A stretch of 64,000 bases of DNA, taken from positions 7,057-71,056 of the forward strand of contig CAYMJJ010000002.1 in the NCBI GenBank assembly GCA_964390445.1, given 5' to 3'. Below the pieces are notes generated by a model that worked only from the letters and a program-made list of their open reading frames with translations, was not told the origin of the DNA and searched no databases. Position numbers and translations under genes: made by a program. Each line of letters opens with the position of its first letter. Positions within the stretch are counted from its first letter, which is position 1. Source of the stretch: an uncultured Anderseniella sp. GTDB lineage: Bacteria > Pseudomonadota > Alphaproteobacteria > Rhizobiales > Aestuariivirgaceae. Shown here one piece after another: positions 58,888 to 64,000 of the stretch.

Positions 58888-59362
58888 TTTTCACCTCTGG
58901 TGTTTCGTCAAAATACAGAATGATGAGTTGGGCGATCATGGCAGGCTTATCAACCCTGTCCACCATCACGGTCACGTCATGAATGACGCGGACAAAGCCG
59001 TCTTCGCGGGTTGCCCGGGCAATGCTGGCGGTAGCCCGGATGCTGTCTCCGGCCAGCACGGGGGTGATGAAGCGAACCTTGTTGATGCCGTAGTTGATGA
59101 TGCGCCCGACGTGCCTGATTGACACCAGTTCGTACATCATCGGGGCTACCATCGACAGTGTCAGGTAGCCATGCGCAACAGGCGCGTGACCCAGTTCGGC
59201 CTGGGTGCGCTCGCCATCCAGGTGGATCCATTGCAAGTCATCGGTCGCGCCTGCAAACGCTGCAATGCGCTCGGGGCTGATCCTGAACCACCGGGTAGGC
59301 CCGGCGGTCTGGCCGGCCAGCGGCACGAGGTCGCCCGGCCTGTTGACGCAGAATACAGTCAT
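58880..59362 (-). CDS. MaoC-family dehydratase
   Basis: FAGATDDLQWIH, AHGYLTLS, NYGINKVRF. Confidence 0.9.
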   Translation of the reverse strand: MTVFCVNRPGDLVPLAGQTAGPTRWFRISPERIAAFAGATDDLQWIHLDGERTQAELGHAPVAHGYLTLSMVAPMMYELVSIRHVGRIINYGINKVRFITPVLAGDSIRATASIARATREDGFVRVIHDVTVMVDRVDKPAMIAQLIILYFDETPEVKNG

Positions 59363-59494
59363 TGAACCTCGCTGCGCTGCAACCCGCGATATGTGCAGGA
59401 GCAGGGTTTATCAATTTCATTAAGGCAGTTTATACCATTCCTGGTGTTATCTGCCTGCACTCCCAGTGGTGTGTAAAGACGGCGGCAGCAACGC

Positions 59495-61042
59495 GTGCAA
59501 TCGAGTGGCGAAAACTTATCCCAGCAGCTGTCAGGCGGGTTCAGCGGCCTTGTGAGCTTGTCTTCGCTGTCGTGTGATCTCAGCCGGATCTTTCGCACGG
59601 AAGGTGCACCGCCGCCCTGTCCGGCCCAGCGCGGTCCCAATCATTTCCGCAAGCTCTCCGGCCTGACGCTGCACCCCGAGCATTTTGCTGGTCTTTCGCT
59701 CCCCGAGCATGGCCCTGAGCCCGAGCCGCAACTCGGCCTCCCCGCCGAGCCATCGCAAGCGTCCGCACCACAGGTCCAAGCCGCACCGGCACCTGCTGCA
59801 GCCCTTGCGTCCGAACCGGTTGCGGTTGGCCTTGTCCCTGCCAGCATGCAGGCGACAGTTCCGGAGCAGGACGCACTGGCTGATCCTGAAGAGGAGACAG
59901 CACCAGCAGTTGAGCCGCACCTGCTGGCTGGCGTTCAGGTGAAGGCTGATGCTGCAGTTGATTCCGTTGAGGCCGAAACCGTCCATGACAAACCCAGGTT
60001 TTCACCGGATTGGGGCCCGACCACGCAGGGCCATTCGTTTGCTGCAACCAGCCGCGACCTGGTGGCGATCATGACCTTGCCTTCAGGCCAGGCCCAACCA
60101 CAGGAACGGCTGTTTGCCGGCGACGCACTGGTGGCGATTCTGCCGCATCTGGATTCTGCGCAACTGATCAACCTGACCCGGACCGTTGCCCGCCTCGACC
60201 TGGTGTCGGAACGCCTGCGAAGCTACCTGGTGTGCCACCGCGACAATGACATCTCATGCCGGATGCTGAAGGATTCGGTGCAGATCTCCGACGTCGACCT
60301 GCTTGCGCTGATTCCGCGCGCCTCGGAACAGCAACTGCGCCTGATTGCGCGCCGGCGCATGTTGAGCATGACGGTGAGCGACCTGTTGATCAGAACCGGT
60401 AACCGCGCATCGGTGCTCGACCTGCTGCGCAATGCGGATTGCCAGTTGTCGCACTGGGCATTCGAGGCGCTGCCGGCAATCGTCAAGGATGCGGATGACC
60501 TGACCTCCGCGATGTGCAATCGCCAGGATCTGCCGCAGGCAGTCGGGATCAAGTTGTTCTGGCAGGCAAATGGCAACCTGCGACGATACCTGTTGAGCCG
60601 GTTCCTGACCGAATCTGCTGCACTGGGCCGGGTGATCGACGTTTCGATCGCCGCCGGAGCCATACCGCCGCTGGGCGGGCAACCCAAGGCAGCCGATGTC
60701 GAACAACTGGTGACGCAGATCGAAACCGGCCACCCGGACGCAGCGATTACCCTGGCGATCTGCTGTCACCTGTCGCCGGAAACAGCGCGATTGATTGTTG
60801 CCGATGCGGGCGGTGAACCGCTGGCCGTGGCGTTCAAGGCGCTTGCGCAAACCCGCTTGTGCATGGCTGAAGCGCTCAAGAGATGGATTGCATCTCCGGC
60901 CTGCGCCATAAACGGCCACAACCGCATCATCGAACTGCATGCGCTGTTTGACAGCCTTTCATTCAATAAAGCACGCATGTTGCTGGCGTATTGGGACTGG
61001 GCATCCCGCGATGCAGGGCCATTCACTCCCCTGCACGGCTAG
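59495..61042 (+). CDS. DUF2336 domain protein with Pro/Ala-rich N-terminal extension; start uncertain
   Basis: ISDVDLLALI...LIARRRMLSMTVSDLL...LLRNADCQLS repeat pattern; GEPLAVAFKAL. Confidence 0.75.
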   Translation: MQSSGENLSQQLSGGFSGLVSLSSLSCDLSRIFRTEGAPPPCPAQRGPNHFRKLSGLTLHPEHFAGLSLPEHGPEPEPQLGLPAEPSQASAPQVQAAPAPAAALASEPVAVGLVPASMQATVPEQDALADPEEETAPAVEPHLLAGVQVKADAAVDSVEAETVHDKPRFSPDWGPTTQGHSFAATSRDLVAIMTLPSGQAQPQERLFAGDALVAILPHLDSAQLINLTRTVARLDLVSERLRSYLVCHRDNDISCRMLKDSVQISDVDLLALIPRASEQQLRLIARRRMLSMTVSDLLIRTGNRASVLDLLRNADCQLSHWAFEALPAIVKDADDLTSAMCNRQDLPQAVGIKLFWQANGNLRRYLLSRFLTESAALGRVIDVSIAAGAIPPLGGQPKAADVEQLVTQIETGHPDAAITLAICCHLSPETARLIVADAGGEPLAVAFKALAQTRLCMAEALKRWIASPACAINGHNRIIELHALFDSLSFNKARMLLAYWDWASRDAGPFTPLHG

Positions 61043-61292
61043 CTTTCCAGACGTGCCGTAAATGCACAAGGTGCCGGGCAACAATGTCAGGTTGCAGAAT
61101 AGCTTTTTTCAATTTTGACGAAGCGTAAGAGCGGTTTATCAAGAACGGGTATTCTGAATTTTAAGTAATTTGGTTGAGTTGAATAGTTTACTTGATTTAT
61201 GATCGCCCACTTGTTATTTCATGGTCCAATTCAGAGTGACAGTTCAAAACAATTCGAATCGCTCTGATTTCCCCGAAGGAGATGGGAGTTAA

Positions 61293-61715
61293 ATGATGAC
61301 GGAAACAGAAGAGTCTAATGTCGCATTTGTTGAGCTTACTGCGGAGATTGTCTGCGCGTACGTTGGCAACAATGCAGTGCCAGCGGCCGAAATCCCGGCT
61401 TTGATCAAGCAGGTCCATGCAGCACTTGCCGATGCCAGCAATGCAACTGCCCAATCCGATGCGCCCGCCCCCGAACCGGCTGTTCCGGTCAACCGCTCGA
61501 TTACGCCGGATTTCCTGATTTGCCTCGAAGACGGCAAGAAGTTCAAGTCGTTGAAGCGGCATCTGCGCACCTCGTACAACATGACCCCGGAAGAATACCG
61601 CGACAAATGGGGCCTGCGTCCGGATTATCCGATGGTCGCGCCGAACTACGCTGCCGAGCGTTCGAAGCTGGCAAAGAAGATCGGCCTCGGTCAGGGACGC
61701 CGCAAGGCAGGCTGA
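61293..61715 (+). CDS. mucR: MucR/Ros zinc-finger regulator
   Basis: LTAEIVCAYV, PAVPVNRSI, CLEDGKKFKSLKRHL, YPMVAPNYA; AT-rich upstream region. Confidence 0.96.
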   Translation: MMTETEESNVAFVELTAEIVCAYVGNNAVPAAEIPALIKQVHAALADASNATAQSDAPAPEPAVPVNRSITPDFLICLEDGKKFKSLKRHLRTSYNMTPEEYRDKWGLRPDYPMVAPNYAAERSKLAKKIGLGQGRRKAG

Positions 61716-61746
61716 CGATATATCCTCAATTCGGATCTTGAATGCG

Positions 61747-61782
61747 GTTCGCCGGCACTTCATCGTGCCGGCGGACTTTTTT
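61747..61782 (+). terminator. Intrinsic terminator after mucR
   Basis: GTTCGCCGGCAC/GTGCCGGCGGAC stem followed by TTTTTT. Confidence 0.85.
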
Positions 61783-61883
61783 GTTTGCGCATCTGTTGAC
61801 GTTGCGGCGACAGCCCCTTGCGAAGCAGTCTCGACCTCGGCCACATTGGGTCGAAGTACGGGCGACACAGGGGACCATTCATC

Positions 61884-62402
61884 GTGGACGGCGATCTAGA
61901 GGATTTCCGGGCGCAACTTGTTGTGCCGCAGCAGCAGCAATTGTTCGATTACTGGCGAGCCTGTTGTAACGGCAACGCATATCCGGACCGCTGCCAGATT
62001 TCACCGTCTGCCATCCCGCAGTTGCTGCCCTATGTCAGCCTGATTGACCTTGATGAAGACTGCGGATTTCGTATCCGGCTGGCCGGTACCATGTTGCGCG
62101 AGATATTCGACCGCGAAGTGACAGGCCTGTCTGTTGAGGACCTCGAACGCATGTCGAATGCCGGATACTGGCACCGTGCGTGTGCCTATGCCCTGGAAAC
62201 TGGCCGGCCTGCGCAAGGTGCGATCAAGTCGCCCCGCACCACCAAGGATCACCTGGTTCAGTTCTGGATGCGGTTGCCGCTGAGCCAGGGGGATGACCAG
62301 GTGGGGCAGTTGCTCGGGTTCGATATCTGCGTGCCGTCTGGCGAGGTGGCCATGGACCTGTCGCACTGCGATCATGGTGTGCAGAGTCTTCTGGCGGTTT
62401 AG
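61884..62402 (+). CDS. Stand-alone PAS_5 (DUF1457-like) domain protein
   Basis: LFDYW, PDRCQISPSAIPQLLP, FRIRLAGT, RLPL; GTG start inferred. Confidence 0.82.
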   Translation: MDGDLEDFRAQLVVPQQQQLFDYWRACCNGNAYPDRCQISPSAIPQLLPYVSLIDLDEDCGFRIRLAGTMLREIFDREVTGLSVEDLERMSNAGYWHRACAYALETGRPAQGAIKSPRTTKDHLVQFWMRLPLSQGDDQVGQLLGFDICVPSGEVAMDLSHCDHGVQSLLAV

Positions 62403-62470
62403 GTTTTTAGTCTTTACTTTTTAGATTTGACGGACTATTTTCCTTCTTCGGGTCACTGAAGGAGAACGCC

Positions 62471-63364
62471 GTGCAACAATTCGCATCCCCCAACCAGATT
62501 GAACGTGAAGCCAGGGTACACCTGCGCAGGCTGGCCGCAGCGGGCACTTACCTTGTGGCCGCGCCGGGTGCTGGCTCACGCTGGCAGTTGATGAGCCAGC
62601 GAAACGCCTATGCCCGCCCGGTGGATGAATGGGAAGGCCGGTTGGTAAAATCCTTCGAGCAGCACGGCTGGATAGAGCGTGCTCCTCTGGGCAGGCAGGT
62701 GCTGAGCGATGGTGGCCGCCATTGGCTGGCCGGACGAGGGATCAAGGTGAAACCGGCGGACGCGCGCGCGGCTGCACCGGCCGCACACCACCGTAGTGCG
62801 CAAGAACCTGGTGGCGGTGGCGTTGTTCTCGTCAATGATGCGGAAAGCCCGCTTGCATGGCTGGCCAGTCGCAAGGGACCCGACGGCAGGCCGTTGCTGA
62901 GCCAGCAGATGTTCGACGCCGGTGAGCGCTTGCGCCGCGACTTCGAAGCCGGCCAGATGTCTGACCGGGTCACCGCCCAGTGGGGCACCTCCATAATGCC
63001 GGGCGCACGCGGCCGGTCGGGCACGCCGGACCAGGGGTTGACCCGCAACGAGCGCGCATTGGCGGCGCGCCAGCGGGTGTGGCAGGCGCTTCAGCACGCT
63101 GGTCCGGGATTGTCGTCGGTGCTGCTGGAAGTGTGCTGTCTCGCCAGCGGACTTGAAGCTGCCGAGCGGCACCTGAACTGGCCGAAGCGATCTGCCAAGC
63201 TGGTGCTGGTGATCGCGCTTGAACGCCTGGCCGATTACTACTTTGCGCCGTCTCCACAGCGCGGCAGCAGCAGATCTGAGGCAAAAGTCTGGGGGCTGGA
63301 TGACTACCGGCCCGAGTTGTTCGGACATCTTGAACCGGCACCACCGGCTGACCAGGACAACTGA
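62471..63364 (+). CDS. DUF6456 protein (GafA C-terminal/GafZ-like transcription regulator)
   Basis: NDAESPLAWL, AGERLRRDFE, GPGLSSVLLEVCC, GLEAAERHLNWPKRSAKLVL; AAGGAG RBS; mucR/sufE neighbourhood. Confidence 0.88.
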   Translation: MQQFASPNQIEREARVHLRRLAAAGTYLVAAPGAGSRWQLMSQRNAYARPVDEWEGRLVKSFEQHGWIERAPLGRQVLSDGGRHWLAGRGIKVKPADARAAAPAAHHRSAQEPGGGGVVLVNDAESPLAWLASRKGPDGRPLLSQQMFDAGERLRRDFEAGQMSDRVTAQWGTSIMPGARGRSGTPDQGLTRNERALAARQRVWQALQHAGPGLSSVLLEVCCLASGLEAAERHLNWPKRSAKLVLVIALERLADYYFAPSPQRGSSRSEAKVWGLDDYRPELFGHLEPAPPADQDN

Positions 63365-63367
63365 CGT

Positions 63368-63790
63368 TCACGCGGCTGCGGCAGCGTCTGCCTTGAGACG
63401 GGTAATCATGGCGGCAAGACCGTTGGAGCGCTGCGGTGTCAGCGCCTCATGCAGACCCAGCTTGCCCAGTTCGGCCTGCACGTCGGTTTCGATGATCTCA
63501 CGTGCCGGCCTGCCGGACAGCAGGATGTGCAGGATCGCGATCAGTCCCTTGACGATCAGCGCATCGCTGTCGCCACGGAATTCGAGAATGGACTTGCCGT
63601 CAACCGGGGCCGGCCGTGAAACCAGCCAGACCTGGCTGGCGCAGCCGGTGACCTTGCTTTCGGGCGTGCGTTCGGAATCGTCAAGCGGTTCAAGCGCCCG
63701 GCCCAGCTCGATCACGTACTTGTAGCGGTCTTCCCAGTCGTCAAGGAACTCGAAATCGTCCAGCAGTTGTTCGAAGGTGGGCTCGGCCAA
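63368..63790 (-). CDS. sufE: Cysteine desulfuration protein SufE
   Basis: FLDDWEDRYKYVIELG, VTGCASQVW, GDSDALIVKGL, LTPQRSNGL; TTG start inferred. Confidence 0.93.
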   Translation of the reverse strand: MAEPTFEQLLDDFEFLDDWEDRYKYVIELGRALEPLDDSERTPESKVTGCASQVWLVSRPAPVDGKSILEFRGDSDALIVKGLIAILHILLSGRPAREIIETDVQAELGKLGLHEALTPQRSNGLAAMITRLKADAAAAA

Positions 63791-63890
63791 GGGTGTGCTC
63801 CGGTTGAAAAAATTACGGGGTATCCCCTGCGAAATAGCGTGCCGGCGCGGCGATCTCAAGGGTAAGCCGCCTTGAGGCGGCCTTGCGGCC

Positions 63891-63939
63891 AAAACAGAAA
63901 AGGCCGCAAAGCACAAATGGGCAGGTGTGCTTTGCGGCC
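63891..63939 (-). terminator. Intrinsic terminator of an off-window minus-strand gene
   Basis: 14-bp perfect stem GGCCGCAAAGCACA/TGTGCTTTGCGGCC followed on the minus strand by TTTTCTGTTTT. Confidence 0.75.
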
Positions 63940-63968
63940 AAGTAGCCCGGCGGGTTACCGGGTGGGGT

Positions 63969-64000
63969 TTAGCCAGCGCTGACCGGTTCGGGTCCGCGCC
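63969..64000 (-). CDS. Probable 3' end of an off-window CDS (possibly DUF5330-like)
   Basis: Minus frame reads RGPEPVSAG-stop just before the terminator; the family guess rests only on recalled synteny with sufE. Confidence 0.3.
   Translation of the reverse strand, partial: RGPEPVSAG

Overview
This is a GC-rich (roughly 63-65%, estimated by eye), gene-dense chromosomal segment of an alphaproteobacterium. Hyphomicrobiales-like synteny (HDAC-xseB-tlyA-aroC-fabI-pdxH; mucR-DUF6456-sufE) and acuI plus a dmdB-like ligase suggest a marine lifestyle. It holds about 66 CDS and two divergent tRNAs (Pro-CGG, Gln-TTG); I found no transposase, integrase, prophage or CRISPR array. Main points: (1) ribB is fused in frame to an N-terminal Cro/XRE-type HTH and a C-terminal Cys-less GTP cyclohydrolase II-like domain, with a perfect palindrome 10 bp upstream of its start codon, a candidate self-regulating riboflavin enzyme. 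(2) A complete but rearranged general stress response locus (CHASE-PAS-HWE kinase, nepR, ecfG, phyR) has six sigma-EcfG promoter motifs that point to several unannotated small proteins. (3) Two AT-rich, codon-deviant patches inside tlyA and a HAD gene share the palindrome TGYATC-N7-GATACA. (4) A degenerate EF-G paralogue lacks switch I and the catalytic His. (5) A GafZ/GafA-like DUF6456 gene has no gafY partner next to it. (6) dxs is absent between xseB and tlyA. (7) There are two copies of a RIME/Bru-RS-like CTAGAGC palindromic element. All calls come from motif recognition by eye, with no database searches.
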